Below, in pieces: positions 16,888-26,548 of a stretch of 60,456 bases of DNA. A model generated the notes under the pieces. The model had not been told where the DNA came from, searched no databases, and saw only the letters and a program-made list of their open reading frames with translations. Position numbers and translations under genes: made by a program. This DNA is from a virus (taxonomy: Duplodnaviria > Caudoviricetes): IMG/VR virus record IMGVR_UViG_3300037422_000673, positions 1-60,456 of that record; one strand, 5' to 3'. Positions within the stretch are counted from its first letter, which is position 1; each line of letters opens with the position of its first letter.

Positions 16888-18885
16888 TTACGCGCCGGGG
16901 TTCTTGTAGATGCCGCGGTGGTCGATGACCTTCGCCGCGAAGTCGTGGCGGCACTTGATCTCGAGGCCGTCCACCTCGAAGCCCACGCGCGACTCGATGA
17001 CCGGGCCCTCCTGCCCCTCGAGGAAGCCGTACTCGACGATGTCGATCTGGCTGGGGTCGCCGAAGAGGTACCAGGCGGTGAGGCTGTTCGCGTCGAGGCG
17101 CGGCTCGGCGACGACCTGGAGCTTGCCGGAGAACGGGTTCACGCTGCCCGACGCGTTCGCGAGGAGGTTCGCGCTCACGAACTGGTCCGCGATCGTCTCG
17201 AGGATCACCGGCACCACCAGGTACTTCGGGGTGACGTTGATGAACTGCTTCTTGTCGACGCCCTTCTGCGCGCGCATCGCCGCGCGCCCGGAGCCGATGG
17301 TCGAGACCGCGATGGCGGCGCCCGCGGCGGCGAGGTTGCCGTGCGTGGCGTGGAAGAGCGCCACGCCGTCGCCCATGTTGCCGTTCGCGGTGATCTGCTC
17401 CCAGACCAGGTCGGACTCGAGGTCGCGGGCGCTGCGGCCGAACAGCGCCGGCATGCGCGAGAACGCGTCCATGTCGTCGTTGACGATGGCCTGGCGGGAC
17501 ACCGAGAAGATGCGGCCGTAGGTGGCGAGGCCGTACTGCTCCTTGCCCTCGCCGACGGAGCCGGTCGTGAACTCGCCGTGCTCGTTCACCTTCTTGAGCT
17601 GCGGCGCCTCGCCGAGCTGCGTCCGGCGGACCGGCTTGAAGTCCGGCAGCGGGACGCGGCGACCGATGGCCGTGTACGTCGCCGGCGCCTCCGTGTAGGC
17701 GGCGCGGAGCGACTTGTTCGCGACGTCCGCGAGGATGAGCGGGAAGTCGCTCGTGGTCGAGTAGCCGGCGCGCACCTGCATGCCGAGGGAGAGGCCCGCG
17801 GCCTCCATCGGCGTGAGCCCGCGGACCTTGGTGCCCGCGAAGATCTCGACGCAGTCGCTGCCGAGATCGAGCAGGCGGCGGTGCGCGTACGGCCGGCCCG
17901 CGTCCTCGAGCTTGAACCGGGTCGGGTCCACGCGGTGGAGCAGCGCGTTCGTGATGCCGGCGCGCGCGGACTCGCGGCGCAGGTCCGCGCCGCCCGAGAT
18001 GTGGGCGTTGGCGTGCGGCGGCTGCTCGTCGGTGCGGGCGGCGAGGGCGTCGAGGATGACGCCGCGCGCCTTCTCCAGGGACGTGCCGTCCTTCACGAGC
18101 TTCTGGCCGAGCTCGTCGCCGAGCTTGTGCCGGGCCACGAGGCCCTGGATCCCCGCGATGCGCTCGCGCTCGGCTGCGACAGCCGCGTCCGCGGCGGCGC
18201 GGGTGGCGTCCTCCGTCACGTCGGGCGCCGGGGCGGCGGGCGGGGGGGTGACCGCGGGCGGGGCGGCGGGGGGGGTCTCGGGGGGCATGGTCTTCTCCGA
18301 TCGCTGCGTGACGAGCACGCAGGGGTTGAGGGATCGCGTCTCGGTGCTGCGGAAGCCGGCCCCGTCGTCCGCGCCCATCGGGACGACGGAGATCTCGTAG
18401 GGCTCCCAGTCCACGCACCGGTAGACCGGGATCTGCTCGTCCCCGCCCTCCACCTTCTCCATCTTGTGGACGCGGTAGCCGACGCTGACGTTCTGGAGGA
18501 TGCCGTCGAGGACCTTCCGGAAGACCTTGTCCGCCTCCGGGTCGTCCTCGGCCCGGGCGAACCGGACGATCGCGACGCCCTCCTTGCCGGCGAGCTTCGC
18601 GCTGCCCGCCTCCACCACGCCCAGCACGCCCCTGGCGTCCCAGCCGTCGTGAGCGTTGAGCAGCGGCGCGCCGTTGTTCAGGCGCTCGAGCCGCACGTGC
18701 TTCGGGTCGAGGGAGAGCTCCTCGTAGTAGCGCTCCCAGAACCCCCGCATGACGCGCGCGCCGGTGGTCCAGACGACCTCGGCGGTGCGCTTCTCCGGGT
18801 CGACGCTGCCCGGGCGCACGGTCGCGCGCAGCGAGAGCGGCGGGATGTTCCGCGTCGTCACGTCGGTGGCGGCTGTCGGTGGCAT
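16888..18885 (-). CDS. Prohead protease-major capsid fusion protein
   Basis: N-terminal 'APLLNAH..NVSVGY..WEPYEISVV'; C-terminal 'TTSDFPLIL', 'TYGRIFSVSRQAIVNDD'. Confidence 0.95.
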   Translation of the reverse strand: MPPTAATDVTTRNIPPLSLRATVRPGSVDPEKRTAEVVWTTGARVMRGFWERYYEELSLDPKHVRLERLNNGAPLLNAHDGWDARGVLGVVEAGSAKLAGKEGVAIVRFARAEDDPEADKVFRKVLDGILQNVSVGYRVHKMEKVEGGDEQIPVYRCVDWEPYEISVVPMGADDGAGFRSTETRSLNPCVLVTQRSEKTMPPETPPAAPPAVTPPPAAPAPDVTEDATRAAADAAVAAERERIAGIQGLVARHKLGDELGQKLVKDGTSLEKARGVILDALAARTDEQPPHANAHISGGADLRRESARAGITNALLHRVDPTRFKLEDAGRPYAHRRLLDLGSDCVEIFAGTKVRGLTPMEAAGLSLGMQVRAGYSTTSDFPLILADVANKSLRAAYTEAPATYTAIGRRVPLPDFKPVRRTQLGEAPQLKKVNEHGEFTTGSVGEGKEQYGLATYGRIFSVSRQAIVNDDMDAFSRMPALFGRSARDLESDLVWEQITANGNMGDGVALFHATHGNLAAAGAAIAVSTIGSGRAAMRAQKGVDKKQFINVTPKYLVVPVILETIADQFVSANLLANASGSVNPFSGKLQVVAEPRLDANSLTAWYLFGDPSQIDIVEYGFLEGQEGPVIESRVGFEVDGLEIKCRHDFAAKVIDHRGIYKNPGA

Positions 18886-18925
18886 CGATCACGCGGTTGC
18901 ACCGCGCGCGTCGCTTTGCAAGCGG

Positions 18926-19939
18926 CTACGCCGCGAGAGCCAGGAGGAGCGCGAGCGCCTCCGCGTCGTCCCCCGTAGACGCGACGGGCGAGGCCTGCAC
19001 CGCCGCCGCCGCCGCGAGCGCGGCGCCGCCCGACCGTGCGGCGCCGGCCGCGCTCGCCGAGACGGCCGCCGAGCCCTCGAGCCGGACCGCCGCGGCCGCA
19101 GCGGCCGAGGCTCGGGCTGCGAGCGTCGCGCGACCGCTCTGCGCGGAGCTCCCCGCGCGCGCCGCAGTTCTCCCGCTTGCCACCAGCGTCACGCTCGAGG
19201 CGAACACCGCGCTCGCGGCCGCCGGCTGCCGCGCGGTCGGCGCCGCCGCAACGACCGGTTGCCACCCGCGCGCTGGGCGTCGCATCCCGCCGCCACTCGC
19301 TGCCTCGGTGGGCGTCAGCCCCGGCTGCGGCTCCGCGACGTCCGCCACCAGAACGGCCACGGCCAGGAGCCCGCCGGCGTCCACGGCGACGGGTGCGGGG
19401 GATCCTGCGCCGCTCGCGCCGGCTGCCAGGTCCCCGGCGAGCTGGAGTGTCGCCGGGGCCGATACGCGGCAGGCCGCCGCGGCATCGAGCGCCGCCGCGG
19501 ATCCGGTCGAGGCGACCGCCGCTGCGGCGCCCGCGGCACCGGTCTCGAGCAGCCCGGAGCTGACCAGCGGCGCGATCGAAGACGCGGCTCCGGCCGCGGA
19601 GGACGCCAGCTCTCCGGCGAGGGGGAGATGCGCGCCCGCGCTCGAAGCCGCGCCAGCGGCGCCCGCGACGGCGCTCGCAGCGGAAAGGACGACGGCTCCA
19701 CTCGCCGCCCCCAGGCCTGCCGCAGCCGTCTGAGCTGCAGCAGGAAGCGCCGCAGCCGCTGCCGCGGCGCCGCCCCCCTGAGCGGACAGAGAGGCGCTGC
19801 CCGAAAGCCCGGCGCGCGATCCGGCGGCGCCGCGCGCGCCAGCCGCGAAGGACGACCCCGCCGACAACCCCGGCGCGTCGACGGCGACCGGCTGCCCAGC
19901 CTGCCCCGCTTCCGAGCGCAGGAGGACCAGAAGCGACAC
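18926..19939 (-). CDS. Ala/Gly/Ser-rich low-complexity putative head fibre
   Basis: Start 3 nt after upstream stop; repetitive A/G/S; in the head operon. Confidence 0.55.
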   Translation of the reverse strand: MSLLVLLRSEAGQAGQPVAVDAPGLSAGSSFAAGARGAAGSRAGLSGSASLSAQGGGAAAAAAALPAAAQTAAAGLGAASGAVVLSAASAVAGAAGAASSAGAHLPLAGELASSAAGAASSIAPLVSSGLLETGAAGAAAAVASTGSAAALDAAAACRVSAPATLQLAGDLAAGASGAGSPAPVAVDAGGLLAVAVLVADVAEPQPGLTPTEAASGGGMRRPARGWQPVVAAAPTARQPAAASAVFASSVTLVASGRTAARAGSSAQSGRATLAARASAAAAAAVRLEGSAAVSASAAGAARSGGAALAAAAAVQASPVASTGDDAEALALLLALAA

Positions 19940-19942
19940 GCG

Positions 19943-20572
19943 CTACCTCACGCAGAAGACGAGCTCGACGTCGGTGGTCCCCACCGCGCTGTTCGTGACC
20001 TGGTCGACCTTGAGCCCCTGCCCCTCGCGCAAGATGATGCTCTGGCTCAGGCCAGGCACGCCCGCCTTGACGTGGTTCAGGATCGACGCCAGCGACGCGT
20101 ACGGGATCGTCTCCTCGCTCGTGCCGTTCGCGTAGCCGAGCAAGTCGCCCGACGTTGCGCCGCCCGTGGGTTTGCTCCGTGCCGTGACCTGCGCGGGGAG
20201 TGCTGCGTTCGCCGTGTCGCGGGAGCGGGGGGTGAGCGGCGTTCCTCCGGTTCCGACAGCGGTTGTGCGGAGGATCTCCCACGTGAGCCCGACGCCGGTC
20301 ACGGCGACCAGGGCGGGGATAATGTAGATGCCGCACACCTCGAGCACGACACCGGACCCGACCGCGTTGAAGATGTCGAAGTGCGTGGTCCGGGCCGCAG
20401 CGACGTTCGCGCCGAACCCTGTCGCGAGCACCCAGGTCGGCACCGTGCCGTAGATGTGCCCGCGCTCGTCCACGAGGGCCACGGCCTGGTGCTCCTTGCC
20501 GTTGACCAGGTGGGTCGCGATCGTCGCGCCCGTACCCGGCGTGACGAGCACGCTGTCGTTCGCCTGGGCCAT
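19943..20572 (-). CDS. Putative virion structural protein
   Basis: TGATG coupling; Thr/Gly/Val-rich beta composition. Confidence 0.7.
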   Translation of the reverse strand: MAQANDSVLVTPGTGATIATHLVNGKEHQAVALVDERGHIYGTVPTWVLATGFGANVAAARTTHFDIFNAVGSGVVLEVCGIYIIPALVAVTGVGLTWEILRTTAVGTGGTPLTPRSRDTANAALPAQVTARSKPTGGATSGDLLGYANGTSEETIPYASLASILNHVKAGVPGLSQSIILREGQGLKVDQVTNSAVGTTDVELVFCVR

Positions 20573-21009
20573 CAGGTGATCCGGACCAGCCCGTTCCCGC
20601 CGTCGCCCGGGATGCGGACCGTGAACGTGTCGTCCGTCGCCGTCTTCGTACCGCCGAAGTCGACGAACCCGACGATCCTGTTGGCGTTGGTCGAGTCGTA
20701 AATCACCGCGCCGATCGCGGAGAGCTGGCCGACCGCCGTCCAGACGGCGTCCGGGTAATCGACCCACCCCTGCCCGCCCGACGGACCCGCGGTGCGCGCG
20801 CCGAGCGTCACGCCGCCCTGCGTGTAGCCGTTGCCCGCCGCGACCTCGTCGCCCCCCAGCCCCGCGACGTAGGCCGAGCCGTAGTTGGCGTCGTAGGTGC
20901 CGGTCGCCCCGACCTTGATGAGCGCGCACTTCAGCACGGCGCCCGACGGGCACACGGCGTCTGCCGCGACCTGCTTCATGACGTCTCTGAGCCCGGTGGT
21001 GATCGGCAT
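20572..21009 (-). CDS. Putative head-fibre base/structural protein
   Basis: 'EVAAGNGYTQGGVTL', 'AVIYDST...VDFGGTKT..TFTV'. Confidence 0.75.
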   Translation of the reverse strand: MPITTGLRDVMKQVAADAVCPSGAVLKCALIKVGATGTYDANYGSAYVAGLGGDEVAAGNGYTQGGVTLGARTAGPSGGQGWVDYPDAVWTAVGQLSAIGAVIYDSTNANRIVGFVDFGGTKTATDDTFTVRIPGDGGNGLVRIT

Positions 21010-21010
21010 G

Positions 21011-22723
21011 TCACTCTCCTTCGGAGACGTCGGCGCCGACGATCCGGCCCAGCTCGTCTCGCGTGAGCTTCACGGTTCGCTGCCCCCGAGCGACGGACCG
21101 GACCGCAGTAGCGAGCCGGCCCTCGATGTTCGGCTCGGGGACGATGTTCACGACGACGGGGGGCGGATGCGGTCCTGCCCTCTCGCCCTCGCCCGACCGG
21201 GAGCCATCCCCCTCGCCCCCCGCCGCGTCGCCCTCGCTGGCGGCGCCCCCGTCGCCGCCGCCCCCGACGCGCTCCTGCGTCAGGCCCGCGGCCGAGACCC
21301 GGCGGACGTCGCTGTCGAGCCAGATCTTCAGCGCGTCCAGCTTCGCCATGTCCGAGGCGTACTCCTCGAGGTGCTCGTCCGGATCGATGCCCTGCTCGCG
21401 GAGGACCTGGGAGAGCGTCTTCTGCCCTGACCGGATCATCTGCGTGTTGGCGCGGGCTTCCCGATCGACCTCGGTCATCGGCATCGGCTGCGCAGTCCAC
21501 TCGGCCGGCGGAGCGTCCGACAGCAGGCCGTCCACCTGCGCGGCCTCCATCGCCCACGCCCACGCGACGTCGCAGAACTGCGGAACCAGCGTGTTCCACT
21601 GCCAGTCGTACACGTTCGCCCAGTGCGCGAGCCGCGCCATCCGCGCCGAGCTGAAGTTGACGTTGGAGAAGTCGCCCGTCAGGTCCTCGTACGTCACGCC
21701 GAGCCCGGCGGCGATGCGGCGCAGCGTCCGCAGGCTGAAGCCCTGATCCTGAACGGCGGGCGGCGTCGAGAACTTCACGTCCTCACCGAATGCGAGGTCG
21801 TACACGGTGCCCGGCTCGATCGACTCGATCCGCTCCTTCGAGCCGGACGGCTGCGTCTCGGTCGTGACCGGACCGAAGCTGGCGTCCTCGCCGTTCCCGA
21901 TCCGGAACGCCGCGAAGGAGGCGGCGATCTTCTGGGCGACCAGGACCGCGTCCTCGTACTCGTCGAAGTCCCGGAGGCGCACGATCACCGAGCCGAACCA
22001 CGACGGGCCGCGCACCTGCCCCGGCCGCTCCGCCTCGAGCATGTGCAGGATGTCCGCGGCGGGGTAGCGCCGGCTCTCCCCCGTCGCCCACGGCGACCCC
22101 GGGTGCTCCGGAAATAGCCAGTAGGCGGCGCGACGCCCCAGCTTGTCGAACTCGACGCCCTGTCGGATCGGCCCGCCGGCCTGCCCGGTCATGCCGTCCT
22201 TCGCGGTGTCGATGTAGTCGGGCTCCAGGATCTGGAGTTGCATCGGCAGGGCGAGCCCGTCCGCCGCCCGCCGCCACCGGCGGCGCACCAGCGCCTCTCC
22301 GGACTCGGCCATGGTGCGCGTGGCGAGCTTCTGGAGGCCGGCCAGCGTGAGCCTGCCGTCGGCGTCGCACTGGGTGGTCTCGGCCCACGCCTTCCACGCG
22401 GCCCGGTACTGCTGGCTGGTCCCCCACCCGCCCACCGGCTTCGGAACGAGACCCCAGCCGACGGTGTTCCGCGTGATGACCCGGAGGCCGTTGCGCGCCC
22501 ACTCGTTGTTGCGGACGAGGTCGTGGGCGAGGGCCCGGAGCGGCGCGAGCGACGAGGCCGCCGCGACGTTCACGTCGGCGATGCTCCGGATCCAGCCCTG
22601 CGTCCGCCGGCCGATGGCGGCCGCCTCGTAGTGCCGCAGCGCGAGCGCCCGCGCCCGGGCGCGCCGGTAGGCCCACCCCGGCGCCACGCTCAGCAGGAGG
22701 CGATCGAACGCGCTCGGCTTCAT
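21011..22723 (-). CDS. Portal protein, lambda family
   Basis: 'YEAAA', 'DLVRNN', 'RPGQVRG', 'YEDLTGDFSNVNFSSAR'. Confidence 0.95.
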   Translation of the reverse strand: MKPSAFDRLLLSVAPGWAYRRARARALALRHYEAAAIGRRTQGWIRSIADVNVAAASSLAPLRALAHDLVRNNEWARNGLRVITRNTVGWGLVPKPVGGWGTSQQYRAAWKAWAETTQCDADGRLTLAGLQKLATRTMAESGEALVRRRWRRAADGLALPMQLQILEPDYIDTAKDGMTGQAGGPIRQGVEFDKLGRRAAYWLFPEHPGSPWATGESRRYPAADILHMLEAERPGQVRGPSWFGSVIVRLRDFDEYEDAVLVAQKIAASFAAFRIGNGEDASFGPVTTETQPSGSKERIESIEPGTVYDLAFGEDVKFSTPPAVQDQGFSLRTLRRIAAGLGVTYEDLTGDFSNVNFSSARMARLAHWANVYDWQWNTLVPQFCDVAWAWAMEAAQVDGLLSDAPPAEWTAQPMPMTEVDREARANTQMIRSGQKTLSQVLREQGIDPDEHLEEYASDMAKLDALKIWLDSDVRRVSAAGLTQERVGGGGDGGAASEGDAAGGEGDGSRSGEGERAGPHPPPVVVNIVPEPNIEGRLATAVRSVARGQRTVKLTRDELGRIVGADVSEGE

Positions 22724-22726
22724 CGG

Positions 22727-22930
22727 CTAGAGCCCCTTGCTCGTGGCGATGCGGGTGTACCGGGACCTGGCGCCGGTGGACTCCGCGAGCTGGCGCTTCA
22801 TCCGCGCGAGCTCGCGCTGCATGGCCTCGGTGCTCTGGTACGTGACGGTCCGGTCCTGGTACCGGACGGACAGCACGCCCGAGGCGAGCACCTTCTCGAG
22901 CGCGTCGATGTCGGCCTGGCTCACGGCCAC
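22727..22930 (-). CDS. gpW-like head-tail joining protein
   Basis: 'IDALEKVLASGVLSVRYQDRTVTYQS'; GGAGG RBS. Confidence 0.85.
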   Translation of the reverse strand: MAVSQADIDALEKVLASGVLSVRYQDRTVTYQSTEAMQRELARMKRQLAESTGARSRYTRIATSKGL

Positions 22931-23009
22931 GGGGTAGACCTCCAGCGAGGCGGATCGCCTCCAACTCGGACGGTCACTCCGCTCCGCGCCATCTGCCAAC
23001 CGCGGCGTG

Positions 23010-25025
23010 TCACCGGCGCCGCGACCACCCACCCCGAGGCCTGTCGCCTCCAAAGCCCCCGCGCGGTGGCGCCGGGCGCGGCCGCGGCGCCTCCGCCGGC
23101 TGCTGTGGCGCCGGAGAGGGCTCCGCGGCCTCCGTCGGCGCCGGCGCGTCGCCGGGCTCCTGCGCCTCAGCGGGCGGCGGCGCGGCCGCGGCCGCGCGCG
23201 CCCGGGCGGCGGCCGCGTGCTGGTCGAGCCGGGCGAGCGCCGTCACCGCCCTGGCGTACACGCGGCAGTCGAGTGGGTGGTTCTCCCGGCCGCCGATGAC
23301 GCTCCACTCCAGCCGCACGAAACCGCGCTTGGTCCGCACCTTGATGAGCTGCTCCGCCGTGATCCCCTTGAAGTAGGCCTCGTCGTGCTGCGGGAAGTGA
23401 CAGTAGCCCCCAGGGTACGGCTTCCCGCTCTCGCGCGTCGGCGCCTCGAGGCGGAGCCAGCCGTAGAGCTCCGTCTTGACCATGTCGACGCCGACGGGCC
23501 AGACCTTCGCGCCCCGGGCGATCCGCTTGCCGTCGATCTTCACGTCCACGCTCGTGGGCGTTCCCAGCATGAGCCGCTGCCCCGAGACGCCCTTGCACGC
23601 GATGACGCGCCCGGGGTGGCGGCGCGCCCACGCGTACACGTGGCTCGTGTTAAAGCCGGAGTCCACGCCGACGAACCGGACCGCGAAGGTGCCGCCCGGG
23701 CCCGAGAACGTGCGCGCGATGAGCTTGTCCGCCTCGTCCCACGTGTCCGGCTTCGAGGTGTCGCCGGGGATCACGCCGGCGTCGATGGACCAGCTCTGCA
23801 GGTCCTCGCCCCAGCCCACCACCTCGTAGACCAGGCGATCGGCCTGGACGTCGATGCCGGCCGTGAGCAGGACGACGCCGGGCGGCACCGTGCCGCGCTC
23901 GTACGACTCGGCCCGATCGTAGAGGTGCCGCCACTCCGGCGCCTCGCCCTTCTCAACCCACGTCTCGCCGAGCGTCGTGTTCACGAAGGTCTGCAGTTTC
24001 TCCGGGCCGCCCTTGTTCGCCTCGACGAACTCCTTGGCGATGTGGCCCCACGACGCGCCCGGGCTGTACGAGTAGGCCGACCAGATGTGAAACGAAGCGT
24101 GACCTCGGAACGGCTTCGCGGCGCGCCACTCGCCGCGCTCCACCATCGACCGCTTGTGCTCGTGGCGGATCTCGCACCCGCACCGCCGGCAGACGAAGTG
24201 GGCAGTGGCGAACGCCGCCTCGGGCGAACTCGAGTCGAACGCCATCCAGTGCCCGCGCGCGCCCTCGCCCGTCTGCTCCCGGAAGGTGAGGAAGTCCATG
24301 TGCCCGCAGTGCGGGCACGGGACGTAGTAGCGGCGCTGGTCGCCGCTCTCGAACATCTCCTCGATCCGGGAGGCGCCCGCGATGAGAGGCGTCGACCCGG
24401 CGACGGTCTTCCGGTTCCAGAAGGTCTCGTTGCGCTTTTTCCCGAGCTGGATCGGGTCGCCCTCGTTCCCGGCGCTGGCCGGGTAGGCGTCCACCTCGTC
24501 GAACCATACGACCCGCCGCGTCTTGCGCCGCAGGCCCGTCCCGCTGTTCGCGCCGGCGATGGAGAGGATCCCGCCGGGGAAGGCCTTGTGCGTGAGGGTG
24601 TTCGACGCGTCCCTCGCGCCCTTGTCCTCGAAGTCGCGCACGCGGATCTTCGCGAGCGCCGGGACGTCGCGCAGCATCGGCGCGATCGTCTCCTTCGAAA
24701 ACTCCTTCCCGTCGTCCACGGTGGGCTGCACGACGAGTTGGCTGCAGGGGTCGTGCTCGATGTGGTAGCCGATGCCCGCGCTGATCATGCTCGTGTAGCC
24801 GATGCGCGCGCTCTTCATCAGCGTGATCTCTTCGACGGACGGATCCGTGATCGCGTCCATGATCCCGCGCTGGTACGGGAGCGTCTTCCACGGGCCAGGC
24901 TCCGCCGCGCTCTCTGCCGACAGCCTGAACTTCTCGTCGGACCACTGGCTCAGTGAGAGGCGTGGCGGCGGGCGCCAGGCGAGCATCGATCGCCCGATGA
25001 CCGCCTCGGCCGAGGCGAAGCTCAT
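23010..25025 (-). CDS. Terminase large subunit (lambda gpA family)
   Basis: 'MKSARIGYT', 'FDEVDAY', 'STP', 'GDQRRYYVPCPHCG', 'GIDVQ', 'NHPLDC'. Confidence 0.97.
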   Translation of the reverse strand: MSFASAEAVIGRSMLAWRPPPRLSLSQWSDEKFRLSAESAAEPGPWKTLPYQRGIMDAITDPSVEEITLMKSARIGYTSMISAGIGYHIEHDPCSQLVVQPTVDDGKEFSKETIAPMLRDVPALAKIRVRDFEDKGARDASNTLTHKAFPGGILSIAGANSGTGLRRKTRRVVWFDEVDAYPASAGNEGDPIQLGKKRNETFWNRKTVAGSTPLIAGASRIEEMFESGDQRRYYVPCPHCGHMDFLTFREQTGEGARGHWMAFDSSSPEAAFATAHFVCRRCGCEIRHEHKRSMVERGEWRAAKPFRGHASFHIWSAYSYSPGASWGHIAKEFVEANKGGPEKLQTFVNTTLGETWVEKGEAPEWRHLYDRAESYERGTVPPGVVLLTAGIDVQADRLVYEVVGWGEDLQSWSIDAGVIPGDTSKPDTWDEADKLIARTFSGPGGTFAVRFVGVDSGFNTSHVYAWARRHPGRVIACKGVSGQRLMLGTPTSVDVKIDGKRIARGAKVWPVGVDMVKTELYGWLRLEAPTRESGKPYPGGYCHFPQHDEAYFKGITAEQLIKVRTKRGFVRLEWSVIGGRENHPLDCRVYARAVTALARLDQHAAAARARAAAAAPPPAEAQEPGDAPAPTEAAEPSPAPQQPAEAPRPRPAPPRGGFGGDRPRGGWSRRR

Positions 25026-25723
25026 GCGCCACCCGCGGCGGCCGCCGCGGGCGACTCGTCGCTCGCCAGCTCCGCCGCGGCCGAGGCAAGGTCCTCGAGC
25101 GCCTCGCGGATGAGCTCCTCGACGAGCGCGAGGTGCGCGGGCGTGAGGGTCGGGTCTTGCTGCCGCGCGCGCGAAGGAACGCCCAGCAGCTTCTTCTGGC
25201 ACCCCGAGAAGAGATCCACGAGCCGCCCCTCGAGCTCCTTCGCCTCGACGAGCTCGCCGGCGCGCTTCCGGTAGTCGAGCTCGGCGGTCCGCGCCTTCCA
25301 GAACTTCTCTCGGGCGGACTCGAGCGTGAGGGAGAGCTCGTCGTCCGGCGGCACGGCGGCGCCGCCGTCGTCCGCGTCCACGGATGGAGCGAACGCGTCG
25401 GGCACCGGCACGACCGACTGGCGGCGCGGGACGGCGGGGCGGGGGGGCAGCTCGGCGGCCGCCGCCGAGGACGGGCGCACCGCGGCGCGTTCCTTCACGG
25501 ACGCCGGCGCCTTCGAGTGGTCCGTGCCGTCCGCCCACTCGCGGTCGGCAAGCACGGGGTCCGAGATCTTCGGCTGGCCCCGGTGGTCCCGCACCACGCT
25601 CCGGACCAGCCGCCCGCGCTCGATCGCCTTGGAGACCGCCTGGGCCGTCGCGCCCACGAGCCCGAACTCCGCGCGGTGCTTCGCGTACTCCCGAAGGGAC
25701 AGTGGCCCGGCGGCGGTGCTCAT
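25022..25723 (-). CDS. Terminase small subunit (Nu1-like)
   Basis: N-terminal HTH 'SLREYAKHR..QAVSKAI..GRL'; 'ELDYRKRAGELV'; ATGA coupling to terL. Confidence 0.85.
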   Translation of the reverse strand: MSTAAGPLSLREYAKHRAEFGLVGATAQAVSKAIERGRLVRSVVRDHRGQPKISDPVLADREWADGTDHSKAPASVKERAAVRPSSAAAAELPPRPAVPRRQSVVPVPDAFAPSVDADDGGAAVPPDDELSLTLESAREKFWKARTAELDYRKRAGELVEAKELEGRLVDLFSGCQKKLLGVPSRARQQDPTLTPAHLALVEELIREALEDLASAAAELASDESPAAAAAGGA

Positions 25724-25794
25724 GGTGTGGGAAAGATTTGCACTGCTCCAATAACCATTGGAATGCGGCGAGTTACGACCGATCCGGCTGTCAC

Positions 25795-25915
25795 TCGCCG
25801 GGTTGACGCGGTTGATGCCTGGGTTGACGGTCTCTGTAAACACCTGAAATGACTGGTCGCTAGTCGAAAATCGCGCTTCTGCGCACCCGCGCCGGGGCCC
25901 GGGTAGGAAGGACCC
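25795..25915 (-). other. Lambda-like cos site (cosQ, cosN, cosB-like repeats)
   Basis: GGGTCCT (25915-25909), then CGCG-GGTGCGCAGAAG-CGCG-ATTTTCG, then three TCAACC repeats, upstream of terS. Confidence 0.75.
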
Positions 25916-25929
25916 ACGCCTGTGGGGGT

Positions 25930-25946
25930 TGGCACAATGCTTGCCA
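25930..25946. promoter_or_regulatory. Sigma-54-like -24/-12 element
   Basis: TGGCACAATGCTTGCCA gives GG-N10-GC on both strands. Confidence 0.4.
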
Positions 25947-26543
25947 TTACCGGCCGCGCCCCGTGTTCAAAGGTAAGACCCGCTCGAATGTCCTGACGTA
26001 CTCGTCGCGTGCCTTGGTAGTCAGGGCAGGGAGGAAGCCCTCGTCATCGAACACGTCGATGATGCGGCTGGAGAAGACCTCGCGGATCGGCTGGCGCTTC
26101 TGCCCTGCGTAGCGCGAGTTCCCCTTGTATCGCTGCGTGGGGGCTCGGGAAGCCTGGCCGTATCGCATGAAGACGCCTCGGTGCCCGCTCTTCATCGTCG
26201 CCACGAACGCTGAGGGGATGAGGGACCTCGAGCCTACGTTGACCTGGACGCTGACGCCGCGCCGCGTCTGCCGGTGAGGATAGGCCGCCACCGGTGCTGG
26301 CACGTCCTTCACGGCGAGCGACCAGCGCAGCGTGGTCTTCTTGGCGTTGTCGGGGAAGGTCAGCGTCAGGACCTTGGAGATGGCGGCGAGCTTCACGTTC
26401 TTGCGAGCCCGCACGTGTCGGTTCGCCTCGGCCTTCATCGCCCGCAGTGCCGAGGACCCCGCCATCCGGACCGAGCGCTCGATGGCGGACTGGGCCCGGC
26501 CTCTCCAGACCCAGGCTCCGCGTGTGTCGAGTGAGGCCTTCAT
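25947..26543 (-). CDS. gpZ-like minor tail/neck protein
   Basis: Basic; 'AFVATMKSGHRGVFMR', 'PIREVF'. Confidence 0.7.
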   Translation of the reverse strand: MKASLDTRGAWVWRGRAQSAIERSVRMAGSSALRAMKAEANRHVRARKNVKLAAISKVLTLTFPDNAKKTTLRWSLAVKDVPAPVAAYPHRQTRRGVSVQVNVGSRSLIPSAFVATMKSGHRGVFMRYGQASRAPTQRYKGNSRYAGQKRQPIREVFSSRIIDVFDDEGFLPALTTKARDEYVRTFERVLPLNTGRGR

Positions 26544-26548
26544 GCCCC

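Noticed and set aside
23010-25025. Intein or intron in terminase, helicase or portal
   Set aside because: Lengths are normal and no intein terminal motifs or reading-frame interruptions were seen
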